Shown: positions 1 to 7,956, numbered from the stretch's first letter. The stretch: DNA of 33,538 bases from Candidatus Moraniibacteriota bacterium (GCA_034007405.1 JAVEQZ010000001.1:1-33538); one strand, 5' to 3'. The notes: generated by a model from the sequence alone, not told the origin. Translations and numbers: made by a program.

Positions 1-88
1 TGTACAAAACCTCACTAATTTCTCTAAATGAAAAACCTTTCTTCCTTAAACTGATTGCCCTTTCTTTTAATTTAAGATTGTGTTTCAT
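1..88 (-). CDS. Partial gene at the window edge: N-terminal 29 aa of a helix-turn-helix protein (IS30/HTH_38-like N-terminus?)
   Basis: Reverse complement from the ATG at 86-88 reads MKHNLKLKERAISLRKKGFSFREISEVLY and stays open to position 1. The KERAISLRKKGxSxREIS pattern resembles the HTH that begins IS30-type transposases and small regulators. It is too short for a firm call. A TATAAT lies 9 nt upstream of the ATG and there is no SD. Confidence 0.4.
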   Translation of the reverse strand, partial: MKHNLKLKERAISLRKKGFSFREISEVLY

Positions 89-161
89 AGAACACTAATT
101 ATAGGTTATATAACTCCCTATAAAGATCCTAACACAATCTTAAAAAAACCACCAATATTGA

Positions 162-320
162 TTACTTCTTCATTTCCTTATGCAAAGTATGAGTTTTGCA
201 AAATTTACAATGTTTTTTCATTTCCAACTTTTCTTTGATCTTCTTCTTGTTTCTACCGGTATAATAATTTATATTCTTACACTCGGTACATCGCATTTTT
301 ACCAGATTTTCATTGGCCAT
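162..320 (-). CDS. rpmG: 50S ribosomal protein L33
   Basis: Hand translation gives 52 aa: [52 protein letters not shown]. It has the CxxC...CxxC zinc ribbon and the size typical of L33. It is below the ORF-track length cutoff. Confidence 0.85.
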   Translation of the reverse strand: MANENLVKMRCTECKNINYYTGRNKKKIKEKLEMKKHCKFCKTHTLHKEMKK

Positions 321-436
321 ATTTTTATAAATCAGCTTTTTAGGTGATTAGTCTTTAGCTTTTTAGGTAATTTCCTACAAGCTACCAGCTAAATTCTACA
401 AGCTAAACAAATTAATTCTTAAAATTATACTTCCTG

Positions 437-509
437 AGCCGTTGCGCAGAATCGAACTGCGGACCTTTTCCTTACCATGGAAATGCTCTACCATCTGAGC
501 TACAACGGC
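437..509 (-). tRNA. tRNA-Thr (anticodon GGU)
   Basis: Reverse complement: GCCGTTG TA GCTC AGATGGTA GAGC A TTTCC AT-GGT-AA GGAAA AGGTC CGCAG TTCGATT CTGCG CAACGGC T. This is a full cloverleaf with a canonical T-loop. No CCA is encoded. Confidence 0.85.
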
Positions 510-586
510 GGATCACTAGTATATAACACAAAAACATACAAAAATAATCTCTTTTGTTTTATGTTTCATACTGAATGATTTATGAT

Positions 587-660
587 TGTGGGCTGGGACG
601 AATGCCTGCCGGTAGGCAGGGATTTGAACCGCCGTAGACCGAAGCCCTTTACGTCTACAG
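587..660 (-). pseudogene. tRNA-Tyr-derived 3' fragment interrupted by a 20-nt GC-rich hairpin insertion
   Basis: Positions 587-600 and 621-644 match the 3' acceptor, T-arm and variable-arm part of the adjacent tRNA-Tyr (679-716) with one mismatch. They are split by aatgcctgccggtaggcagg (601-620). No D-arm, anticodon arm or 5' acceptor is present. Confidence 0.6.
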
Positions 661-680
661 TTTTTTCCTAATCATTTTTG

Positions 681-763
681 TGGGCCGGGACGGATTTGAA
701 CCGCCGTAGACCGAAGTCGTCAGATTTACAGTCTGATGCAATTGACCGCTCTGCCACCGACCC
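681..763 (-). tRNA. tRNA-Tyr (anticodon GUA), long variable arm
   Basis: Reverse complement: GGGTCGG TG GCAGAGCGGTCAATTGC A TCAGA CT-GTA-AA TCTGA, variable arm CGACTTCGGTCTAC, GGCGG TTCAAAT CCGTC CCGGCCC A. The 7-bp acceptor pairs fully. Confidence 0.85.
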
Positions 764-912
764 AACAATACTAATTTCGAATTTCAAAATTCGAAATCCG
801 AAACAAATCATAAATTCAAATCTTCAAAATTCAAAACATTTTGAATTTGATATTCTGGTAATTCGATATTGTTTAGAATTTCGTGCTTCGAATTTCAAAT
901 TTAAAGTACTTG

Positions 913-985
913 AGCCACCTGTCGGGCTCGGACCGACGACCTACTGTTTACAAAACAGTTGCTCTACCAACTGAGCTAAGGTGGC
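913..985 (-). tRNA. tRNA-Thr (anticodon UGU)
   Basis: Reverse complement: GCCACCT TA GCTC AGTTGGTA GAGC A ACTGT TT-TGT-AA ACAGT AGGTC GTCGG TCCGAGC CCGAC AGGTGGC T. All stems pair. The T-loop reads TCCGAGC, so position 55 is C rather than U, which is unusual. Confidence 0.78.
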
Positions 986-1017
986 TTATTTATCTTTTGA
1001 TAAAAATTCTTCTTTTA

Positions 1018-1139
1018 GGGCTCGCCCTATCATCCGATAGGGCGCCATGTCGGATGACATGGCGGACCGACGACCTACTGTTTACAAAACAGTGCTCCCT
1101 GCCTGCCGGTAGGCAGGTACCAACTGAGCTAAGGTGGCT
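1018..1139 (-). pseudogene. Degenerate tandem copy of tRNA-Thr(UGU) carrying three GC-rich hairpin insertions and lacking the 3' acceptor strand
   Basis: It is collinear with 913-991 apart from four differences. (1) A 20-nt insert at 1098-1117 in the D-loop. (2) A 40-nt insert at 1023-1062 (two hairpins) in the T-loop. (3) A 1-nt deletion. (4) No counterpart to the GACAGGTGGCT 3' end. Confidence 0.6.
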
Positions 1140-1234
1140 TATTTTTCAATAAACTTCCTAATTTTATTCGTCCGGATAATCGCCTCAAAATCCGACAAGG
1201 TGCAACATCTTTTTTAAAAAACAAATACTAAATA

Positions 1235-1263
1235 ATTCTATGCTAAAATAGAAAAATTGTAAA
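1235..1263 (-). promoter_or_regulatory. Candidate sigma70-type promoter for the tRNA operon
   Basis: The minus strand reads TTTACA-17 nt-TAGAAT, about 90 nt upstream of the first tRNA-like element. Confidence 0.4.
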
Positions 1264-1268
1264 CCCTC

Positions 1269-2036
1269 CTAAAACCTTTGACGTTTGAAACGACTCAATT
1301 TGTTTCTGACACTCAGGCTCTGCGGATTTAATTTCAAAACTTGTTTATAACAAGCTTCCGCATCGGATCTGTTTCCCTGACTGACATAATAATCCCCCAA
1401 CCTCTCATAAGCCTCGATATCCCTGGGATCGGTGGCGATTCTTTCGACCAAAATATTTTCCAACTCCTCCTTCTTTTCCGGATAAGTCGCTTCTTCGCTA
1501 ATCATAACACGCTCCTCTTTGAAGGTAAAAAAATCATCTTTTTCCTTTTCCGGTGTCGCAATCGGCGCTTCCTTTTTGGCAAAAATTCTCCTAATTCGAT
1601 TAATTCGCCCGCCCTTAACGACATCCATAGAATTTGCTTTTTCTTCTTTTTCCGGAAAAACAATTTTTTCCTCCCGATTCTCCTCGACTATCGGCAAATC
1701 CTCATTAAAATAATCGATTTTTTCTTTATTTTTTTCCGCCTCTCTTTTGTCTATATCGGATTCTATCTCATTTTTCTGATTTTTGATAAAAACCAAGCGC
1801 TTCTCCACCCAGTTATGCAGTCGCAAAGAAAAAATTTTAAACCAATGGGCCAATTTCTCCAAAAGATGCAACCAGCGACTCTTGACTTCCATTTTCAAAC
1901 GACTCTCCTTATCTCTCTTTTCTCCGATTATAATTTCTCTTTCTATATCCAATGCTTTGCGAGAAATCAAAAAAATCACCAAAGCCAAACTCAATACTAT
2001 AATAACCGGCGGTAAAATAAAACTCAGATAAAACAT
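1269..2036 (-). CDS. Membrane-anchored protein with a C-terminal TPR-like repeat; function unknown
   Basis: 255-aa ORF. It has an N-terminal hydrophobic helix (ILPPVIIVLSLALVIFLI), a Lys/Glu-rich middle and a C-terminal TPR-like segment AYERLGDYYVSQGNRSDAEACYKQVLKLNP. It lies 4 nt downstream of the preceding gene. Confidence 0.7.
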   Translation of the reverse strand: MFYLSFILPPVIIVLSLALVIFLISRKALDIEREIIIGEKRDKESRLKMEVKSRWLHLLEKLAHWFKIFSLRLHNWVEKRLVFIKNQKNEIESDIDKREAEKNKEKIDYFNEDLPIVEENREEKIVFPEKEEKANSMDVVKGGRINRIRRIFAKKEAPIATPEKEKDDFFTFKEERVMISEEATYPEKKEELENILVERIATDPRDIEAYERLGDYYVSQGNRSDAEACYKQVLKLNPQSLSVRNKLSRFKRQRF

Positions 2037-2040
2037 TTTT

Positions 2041-2829
2041 TTATTTCAAATCCTCTTTTTTAATTATTACAAATTCATCGGTCAATAATCTCACTTTGAT
2101 TTCCTGTGTTAAAGGATTTATTTCAATTACATCTCCTTGCCCCTTGGCAATTTTGATTCGACTGCCCACTTCCGGCAAACCGCGTAACATTTCTCGGTAT
2201 TGTTCCGCCTCGTAAGAAAGACAGCACATCAACCTTCCGCAAATTCCGGAAATTCTGTCGGAACCGCGCTGAGAAACATTTTGCAATTTGGCCATTTCAG
2301 TCGAAATACTGGGAATTTCACCCAAAAATTTCACACAACACAATTCCTTACCGCACACTCCGCAACCACCCAAATTTCTGGCTTCGTCTCTGGAACCGAT
2401 CTGTCTCATCCGAACCGAGCGATGAAAAATACGAGAAAGATTTTTGACCAACTGGCGAAAATCCACTCTTCCGTCAGCAATAAAAGTTATAATAATAACC
2501 CCCTTGCCCAAAGTTATAAAGACATCCACAAATTTCATCTCCAATTGCATCCGCTTAGCTTCTTTTCGACAAATTTCCAGAATTTCTTTTTCTTTTTTTT
2601 CGTTTCTTTCGAAAGACTTAAGATCTTTGGCGGCAGCTTCCCGAACTATATTGAAAACCTCCCCCTCAAAATCCGCCTTATTTTTCCTATCGGATTCTTT
2701 TTTGATAACTCCCAAAACTCCCCCGGTTTCGTCTTCCACAATCACCTTTATTCCTTTTGAAAACTCGACCGAACTGACACATTCCTTGAGATCTCCCCAA
2801 CCCGACAAATTAACCAAATATTTAAACAT
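2041..2829 (-). CDS. ricT: PSP1-domain protein (YaaT/RicT-like)
   Basis: 262 aa. The Cys-rich PSP1 signature GGCGVCGKELCCVKFLGE...GICGRLMCCLSYE is present. Confidence 0.8.
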   Translation of the reverse strand: MFKYLVNLSGWGDLKECVSSVEFSKGIKVIVEDETGGVLGVIKKESDRKNKADFEGEVFNIVREAAAKDLKSFERNEKKEKEILEICRKEAKRMQLEMKFVDVFITLGKGVIIITFIADGRVDFRQLVKNLSRIFHRSVRMRQIGSRDEARNLGGCGVCGKELCCVKFLGEIPSISTEMAKLQNVSQRGSDRISGICGRLMCCLSYEAEQYREMLRGLPEVGSRIKIAKGQGDVIEINPLTQEIKVRLLTDEFVIIKKEDLK

Positions 2830-2911
2830 AATTAGAATTTTAAACAGACCGTCAACCTCTCTGCTTGTTTATTATAGCACAAAATAAGAAACGGAAAAAA
2901 TTGCCAAAAAA

Positions 2912-3493
2912 CTACAGCTCAAACCTGACAAATTCCCCGATTTCTATTTTTTCTCCGATTTTCCCAATCTTCTCATTTATCAAATCACCGATATTAATAT
3001 CCGGATTTTTGACAAAAGATTGGGTCAGCAAAGAAATTTCTTCTCTGAATTTTTTCTCTTTTCCCTCCATTATCTTATCCATTATTTCTTGCGGTTTTTT
3101 TTCGCCTTTCATTTGCTCCGCCCAAATCTCGCGCTCTTTGACAATTAATTCCTCATCAACCTCCTCCGGCTTCAAAAATTTCGGATTCATGGCGCTGATA
3201 TGCATAGCGATATCCTTGGCCAACTCCTTGAATTCCTCGTTCCTAGCCACAAAATCGGTCTCACAATAAAGTTTGACCATAGCGCAAATCTTATAATTGG
3301 AATGGATATAAGAACCGATTACACCCTCCTTGGCTTCTCTTTCGCTTTTTTTCAAAGCTTTGGCCTGACCGCTTTTTCTCAAGATTTCAATCGCCTTATC
3401 TTCTTTTCCGCCAGCCTCTTCAAGAGCCTTTTTGACATCCACCATACCCGCTCCGGTTATTTCTCTTATTTTTTTTATTTGCTCCAAAGACAT
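2912..3493 (-). CDS. tsf: Elongation factor Ts (short form)
   Basis: 193 aa. The N-terminal UBA-like motif IKKIREITGAGMVDVKKALEEAGG is present, and the gene sits immediately downstream of rpsB, the conserved rpsB-tsf pair. Confidence 0.9.
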   Translation of the reverse strand: MSLEQIKKIREITGAGMVDVKKALEEAGGKEDKAIEILRKSGQAKALKKSEREAKEGVIGSYIHSNYKICAMVKLYCETDFVARNEEFKELAKDIAMHISAMNPKFLKPEEVDEELIVKEREIWAEQMKGEKKPQEIMDKIMEGKEKKFREEISLLTQSFVKNPDINIGDLINEKIGKIGEKIEIGEFVRFEL

Positions 3494-3522
3494 ATTTTTA
3501 TTTTTTAATTGATTAAAAAAAA

Positions 3523-4293
3523 TTATTTAACGATTGCGCCGGAAAAATATTCCATTACAGTCTTGAGCGAAGAAACGGCATCATCATTGGCCGGGATAGG
3601 ATAATCGACTTTTTCCGGATTGACGTTGGTGTCCACGATAGCAATAATCGGAATTTTGATACTCATCGCTTCCCTGAGCGCAATCTCATCGGTCTTGATG
3701 TCGGAAATAAAAATAGCTGCCGGCAAATTCCTCATTTCTTTAAGTCCGCCCATTCTTTTTTCCAATTTTTCCAACTCTTCAAATTTCTTAAGTTTTTCAA
3801 GCTTGGTGTATTTATCAAAACCGCCTTTTTCCATTTGTTCCTGAGAATCCCGTAAATACTGAGTTCTCTTGCGAATGACTCCGAAGTTGGTAAAAGTTCC
3901 TCCCAACCAACGTTCATTTACAAAAGGCATCTCGCAAGCTTGGGCCGCCATTTTGATAATAGCTTTGGCTTGCTTTTTGGTTCCTACAAACAAAATCTGT
4001 TTCTCTTCTTTTTTGACACTCTTGGCAAATTCAATCGCTTTCTCGAGGCAATCTTTGGTTTTTTCCAAATCGATAATATTAATTCCTCTTTTTGAACCGA
4101 AAATAAACTTATCCATTCTCGGATCGCGACAAGATTTATTGTGTCCGAAATGCACTCCGTTTTTTAGCATTTTTTCCAGACTGATCGCCTCTTTGGAAAA
4201 ATTCAATTTATATCTTTCTTCCAGAGACTCTTTTTTGTCAGCGTTTTTTTTAACATCTTCTGCGACAACAGATGCTTCTTTTTTCTTGATCAT
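3523..4293 (-). CDS. rpsB: 30S ribosomal protein S2
   Basis: 256 aa containing GVHFGH...RMDKFIFG...INIIDLEKT. About 30-40 aa lie N-terminal to the usual S2 start, so Met42 is an alternative start. An AAGGA lies upstream of the ATG at 4293. Confidence 0.88.
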   Translation of the reverse strand: MIKKKEASVVAEDVKKNADKKESLEERYKLNFSKEAISLEKMLKNGVHFGHNKSCRDPRMDKFIFGSKRGINIIDLEKTKDCLEKAIEFAKSVKKEEKQILFVGTKKQAKAIIKMAAQACEMPFVNERWLGGTFTNFGVIRKRTQYLRDSQEQMEKGGFDKYTKLEKLKKFEELEKLEKRMGGLKEMRNLPAAIFISDIKTDEIALREAMSIKIPIIAIVDTNVNPEKVDYPIPANDDAVSSLKTVMEYFSGAIVK

Positions 4294-4448
4294 TTTCCTT
4301 GTTATTATTTAATTAATCCTCTGCTCTTTCCGTTTTTACGACTCATAATCCCGATAAGCATCGAGACAGGAACGAGTCCGAAAAAAGCATGTTTTAAATT
4401 GCCTCCTAAAAGCAAAATCAAAAAATAATGCCTCGGGGACACAAAAAC

Positions 4449-4476
4449 AGTATAGCAAAATAAGCGCTCTTGTCAA
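4449..4476 (-). promoter_or_regulatory. rpsB promoter (TTGACA-16-TGcTATACT)
   Basis: The minus strand reads ttgacaagagcgcttattttgctatact. The -35 is consensus and the -10 is extended. It implies a 5' UTR of roughly 150 nt before the rpsB ATG. Confidence 0.55.
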
Positions 4477-4498
4477 TTATTTTTTTCTGTGCTAGTAT
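4470..4498 (+). promoter_or_regulatory. rpmE promoter (TTGTCA-17-TGcTAGTAT)
   Basis: The plus strand reads ttgtcaattatttttttctgtgctagtat. Its -35 hexamer overlaps the rpsB -35 on the opposite strand. Confidence 0.5.
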
Positions 4499-4592
4499 TT
4501 CTTTTGTACCGAACTGCCGGCGAATCGGCTTTATTTTTGGTTATACTTTATTTTTAAATCTAATTATTTCATTTTTTGAAATCGATAAAATT

Positions 4593-4883
4593 ATGAAAAA
4601 AGATATTCATCCTCAATACCACAAAACCGCTATAAAATGCGCCTGCGGGGCAATCTTGGAAACCGGTGCCACCAAAAAAGATATGGAAGTGGAAATCTGT
4701 TCGCAATGCCACCCTTTCTTTACCGGAGATAAGAAAGTGGTTGATACCGCCGGACGAGTGGAGCGATTCCGCAAATTAACCGAGGCTTCCGCCAAATTGA
4801 AAAGCGTAAAAAAAGAAAAAAAGGTCGCCAAGGTCGCCAAAAAAAAGAAAGCTCCGGCCAAAAAAGCGATTGAAAAAAAATAA
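4593..4883 (+). CDS. rpmE: 50S ribosomal protein L31 with a Lys-rich C-terminal tail
   Basis: 96 aa from the internal Met of ORF 4470..4883. [20 protein letters not shown]...[10 protein letters not shown] is the canonical L31 N-terminus. The last ~30 aa are a [19 protein letters not shown] tail. Confidence 0.88.
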   Translation: MKKDIHPQYHKTAIKCACGAILETGATKKDMEVEICSQCHPFFTGDKKVVDTAGRVERFRKLTEASAKLKSVKKEKKVAKVAKKKKAPAKKAIEKK

Positions 4884-4909
4884 TCACTTTCTATGATAAA
4901 AAATAAAAA

Positions 4910-4933
4910 CACTTCAAGATGGAGTGTTTTTTT
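4910..4933. terminator. Bidirectional intrinsic terminator between convergent rpmE and gpmI
   Basis: Hairpin cacttc-aagat-ggagtg, with an A-run upstream and ttttttt downstream. Confidence 0.6.
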
Positions 4934-4997
4934 ATTTTTAATTTTTGAAAATAAACCCTGATAAATCTTGTCCGTCAGTCATGATTGGGTATTTTCA

Positions 4998-6557
4998 TCA
5001 GCCAAAAAGCGAATCGCATTTCATTTCCTTGGGTTTTTCAATATCCATAATTTCCAAAATCGTTGGAGCGATATTACCCAGCTTTCCTCCAATTTTTAAT
5101 TCCTTTTTGGTTAATCCTCCGCCCAACACGGAAAAACCGACTTTATTTTTAGTATGAAAAGTATTGGAAACTTCCTTTCCTTCGACAATATCAATCATAT
5201 TGTCGGCATTACCATGATCGGCGGTTATTATTAAAGTTCCTTTTCTTTTTTGAAGTTCCTCCCACAAAGAAGCCAGTTTTTTATCTACATACTCAACCGC
5301 CTTTACAGTCGCTCCGATATCTCCGGTGTGTCCCACCATATCGGCATTGGCATAATTGATAGCGTAAAAATCATATTCCGAATTCCTAATCTTGCCCAAA
5401 ACATAATTGGTTATCTTTTCTGCTCGCATCTCCGGCGCCTGAGAATAAGATTCCACCTTCATCGAGGGTACCAACAAGCGATCCTCCCCCGCGACCGAAT
5501 CAGCATATCCGCCATTAAAAAAATACGTTATATGCGCATATTTCTCTCCCTCGGCAATATAAAGTTGCCTCTTATCCGCCAATGCTTGAGGCAAAGAATT
5601 TTTCAGCGGACTGTCCACAAAAGCGACTGCCACATCAATATCGGGACCAAAATCCCCCAAAGTGGTAAAATTTATTCCTTTTATTTTTTTAAGCTTGGGC
5701 AATTGATCATTCCTCTTGATCTCCTCGCTCACCTCGACAAACAATTTGGTAAATTGCCTAGCGCGGTCGGAACGAAAATTAAAAAAAATGATACTGTCCT
5801 CTTCGTCCAATTTGGCCACCGGCTTATTTTTTTCAAAAACTACCGTCGGAAAAAGTTTTTCATCAAAAATATTCTTTTGATAAGATTGCTCGATCGCCTC
5901 TTCGGCCGAACCGGCTCGCTCACCCTTGGAAAAAACAATCGCCTCATAAGCCTTTTGCAATCTATCCCAATTTTTGGCCCTGTCCATAGCCCAAAACCTC
6001 CCGCTAAGAGTGGCGATTTTACCTATTCCCTCCTCTTTCATAATCAGTCGAAATTCTTTTAGCAAAGCAAGCGCGCTTTGCGGATAAGAATCTCGCCCGT
6101 CGGTAAACAAATGACAGTATACTTCTTTGATGCCCTCCTTCTTGGCCAATCGCAAAATCATCCTAAAATGCTGAGGATTACTATGTTGACTGTCAGTCGT
6201 ACTCATCAAACCCATCAAGTGAAATCGGCGCCCCTTAATTTGACAGTTTCTGACAGCCTCTATTAAGGCCGGATTGGTAAAAAATTTTCCTCTTTTTATC
6301 TCTTGGTCAATTTTGTAACAATCTTGCGACACCACTCTTCCCCCGCCGATATTGATATGACCGGCTTCCGAACCGCTCAACTGATCTTTGTTTAGCCCCA
6401 CCGCCTTGCCGGTCGCCTCCAAAAGAGTAAAAGGAAATTTCTCTCTCGTTTTATCGATAAAAGGAGTCTTGGCCAGAGAAATGGCATTGGCTCTGCTTTT
6501 TGGCGCCTCTCCCCATCCGTCCAAAATCGCCAAGACTAAAGGCTTTTTATTTTGCAT
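4998..6557 (-). CDS. gpmI: 2,3-bisphosphoglycerate-independent phosphoglycerate mutase
   Basis: 519 aa. The N-terminal PLVLAILDGWG motif, SEAGHINIGGGR, and the C-terminal ADHGNAD metal-site motif are all present. Confidence 0.92.
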   Translation of the reverse strand: MQNKKPLVLAILDGWGEAPKSRANAISLAKTPFIDKTREKFPFTLLEATGKAVGLNKDQLSGSEAGHINIGGGRVVSQDCYKIDQEIKRGKFFTNPALIEAVRNCQIKGRRFHLMGLMSTTDSQHSNPQHFRMILRLAKKEGIKEVYCHLFTDGRDSYPQSALALLKEFRLIMKEEGIGKIATLSGRFWAMDRAKNWDRLQKAYEAIVFSKGERAGSAEEAIEQSYQKNIFDEKLFPTVVFEKNKPVAKLDEEDSIIFFNFRSDRARQFTKLFVEVSEEIKRNDQLPKLKKIKGINFTTLGDFGPDIDVAVAFVDSPLKNSLPQALADKRQLYIAEGEKYAHITYFFNGGYADSVAGEDRLLVPSMKVESYSQAPEMRAEKITNYVLGKIRNSEYDFYAINYANADMVGHTGDIGATVKAVEYVDKKLASLWEELQKRKGTLIITADHGNADNMIDIVEGKEVSNTFHTKNKVGFSVLGGGLTKKELKIGGKLGNIAPTILEIMDIEKPKEMKCDSLFG

Positions 6558-6705
6558 AATTTATCAGTATTTAGTATTTTGTATTGTGTATTATATATTT
6601 TGCAACACATTAATGTATAGATTCTCTTTGTCATATAATATATCCATCGTCTTTGCGGATAAATAATAACAACAAAAAAAACTATTTAACTAATCAACCA
6701 TTTAA

Positions 6706-7956
6706 CTATTTTAACTTCTCACTAATTCTCAACATTCGATTGTATTTGCAAATTCTCTCCCCCCGAGAAAGAGAGCCGGTTTTGATAAAATCAGCTTCGG
6801 CTCCGATCGCCAAATCGGCGATAAAATCATCGGTAGTTTCTCCGCTTCGATGAGAAACGATAGTTTTCATATTATTTTCCTTGGCCAATTTCATACAATC
6901 GATTGTTTCGCTCAAAGAACCGATTTGATTAACTTTTATCAAAACACTGTTACAAGCTTTTTCCGCGATAGCTTTTTGCAACCTCTTTACATTGGTAACC
7001 AAAAGATCGTCCCCGATAGTCATCACTTGAGAACCGATTTTTTCGTTCATCATCCTCCAACCTTCCCAATCTTCTTCCGCCAAACCGTCTTCTATTGATA
7101 TTACATTGTATTTTTCAATCCAGTCTTTATAAAGATTAACCATATTTTCCTTGTTTAATTTTTCATTTTCCGGCTTCAAGAAATAGTGATCCTCTTCCAA
7201 AAAAGAATTGGCGGCCACATCCAAACCGATAAAAACATCTTTTCCCGCCTCATATCCGGCTTCTGCAATAGCTTGATTGATCACCTCCAAAGCTTGGGAA
7301 TTGCTTTCCAAATGAGGAGCGAATCCGCCCTCGTCTCCGACCGCGGTACTCTGATTCATGGAAGTTAATATTTTTTTCAAAGCATAAAATATTTCACTGC
7401 CTGCTCGTAACTGCTCCGGATAAGTTGAAATTCCCTGAGGAATCAATTTGAATTCTTGAATGCTTAGACCGGAATCGGAATGCTCTCCGCCGTTTAAAAT
7501 ATTAAACATCGGAATTGTTTTGAAACTTTCCGCTTTAAACCCATAAGTATCGGCGATGTAAAGATAAAGTTCTTTGCCTTGTTCTTTGGCTGTGGCTCGA
7601 CAAACAGCCAAAGAAACTCCCAAAATCGCATTGGCGCCCAAACCGGTTTTATTTTCCGTTCCGTCCAAGTCCAACATTTTTTTATCAATCTTTCGCTGAT
7701 CCGAAGACTCCTCGTCAATCAAAATCGGAGCGATTTTTTCATTAACATTGGCCACCGCCTGCAAAACACCCTTGCCCTCATAGCGACTCTTATCTCCGTC
7801 TCTTAATTCCAAGGCCTCCTGAGAACCGGTAGAAGCTCCGCTGGGAACCCCCGCTACCCCCTCAGCTCCGCTTTCCAAAACCACTTCCACTTCGACTGTC
7901 GGATTACCTCTTGAATCAAGAATTTCTCGGGCAAATACTTTTTTTATTTTTGACAT
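6706..7956 (-). CDS. eno: Enolase
   Basis: 416 aa. MSKIKKVFAREILDSRGNPTVEVEV is the canonical N-terminus, and SHRSGETTD and KTGSLSRGERICKYN motifs are present. Confidence 0.95.
   Translation of the reverse strand: MSKIKKVFAREILDSRGNPTVEVEVVLESGAEGVAGVPSGASTGSQEALELRDGDKSRYEGKGVLQAVANVNEKIAPILIDEESSDQRKIDKKMLDLDGTENKTGLGANAILGVSLAVCRATAKEQGKELYLYIADTYGFKAESFKTIPMFNILNGGEHSDSGLSIQEFKLIPQGISTYPEQLRAGSEIFYALKKILTSMNQSTAVGDEGGFAPHLESNSQALEVINQAIAEAGYEAGKDVFIGLDVAANSFLEEDHYFLKPENEKLNKENMVNLYKDWIEKYNVISIEDGLAEEDWEGWRMMNEKIGSQVMTIGDDLLVTNVKRLQKAIAEKACNSVLIKVNQIGSLSETIDCMKLAKENNMKTIVSHRSGETTDDFIADLAIGAEADFIKTGSLSRGERICKYNRMLRISEKLK

Noticed and set aside
764-912. AT-rich spacer between tRNA-Tyr and tRNA-Thr(UGU), with repeated tcgaatttcaaa / ttcaaaattc words and small palindromes (e.g. 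atttcgaat-ttcaaa-attcgaaat at 773-796), considered as a CRISPR-like or tandem array
   Set aside because: The units are short, irregularly spaced and low-complexity A/T words. There is no regular repeat-spacer periodicity. It is most simply an inter-tRNA processing spacer.
678-1152. Track ORFs 678..974 (+) and 883..1152 (+)
   Set aside because: They run straight through tRNA-Tyr, tRNA-Thr(UGU) and the tRNA-derived element on the opposite strand. Their sequence is explained by RNA genes, and there is no SD or protein-like composition.
1341-2887. Plus-strand ORFs antisense to the TPR and PSP1 genes (1341..2015, 1519..1713, 1783..2031, 2200..2760, 2444..2887)
   Set aside because: They are mirror-frame ORFs of AT-rich genes. 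They have Phe/Ile/Leu/Ser-rich nonsense composition and overlap confidently identified minus-strand genes.
4470-4592. 41-aa N-terminal extension of L31 in track ORF 4470..4883
   Set aside because: The extension overlaps the predicted promoter and leader and has hydrophobic nonsense composition. The canonical L31 N-terminus [10 protein letters not shown] starts at 4593.
5250-6062. 270-aa plus-strand ORF inside gpmI, and similar long antisense ORFs (10641..11237 in pyrG, 15481..16116 in topA, 30675..31289 in hypE, 32539..32886 in hypD)
   Set aside because: Each lies entirely antisense to a gene with unmistakable family motifs. None has a recognisable motif or SD.
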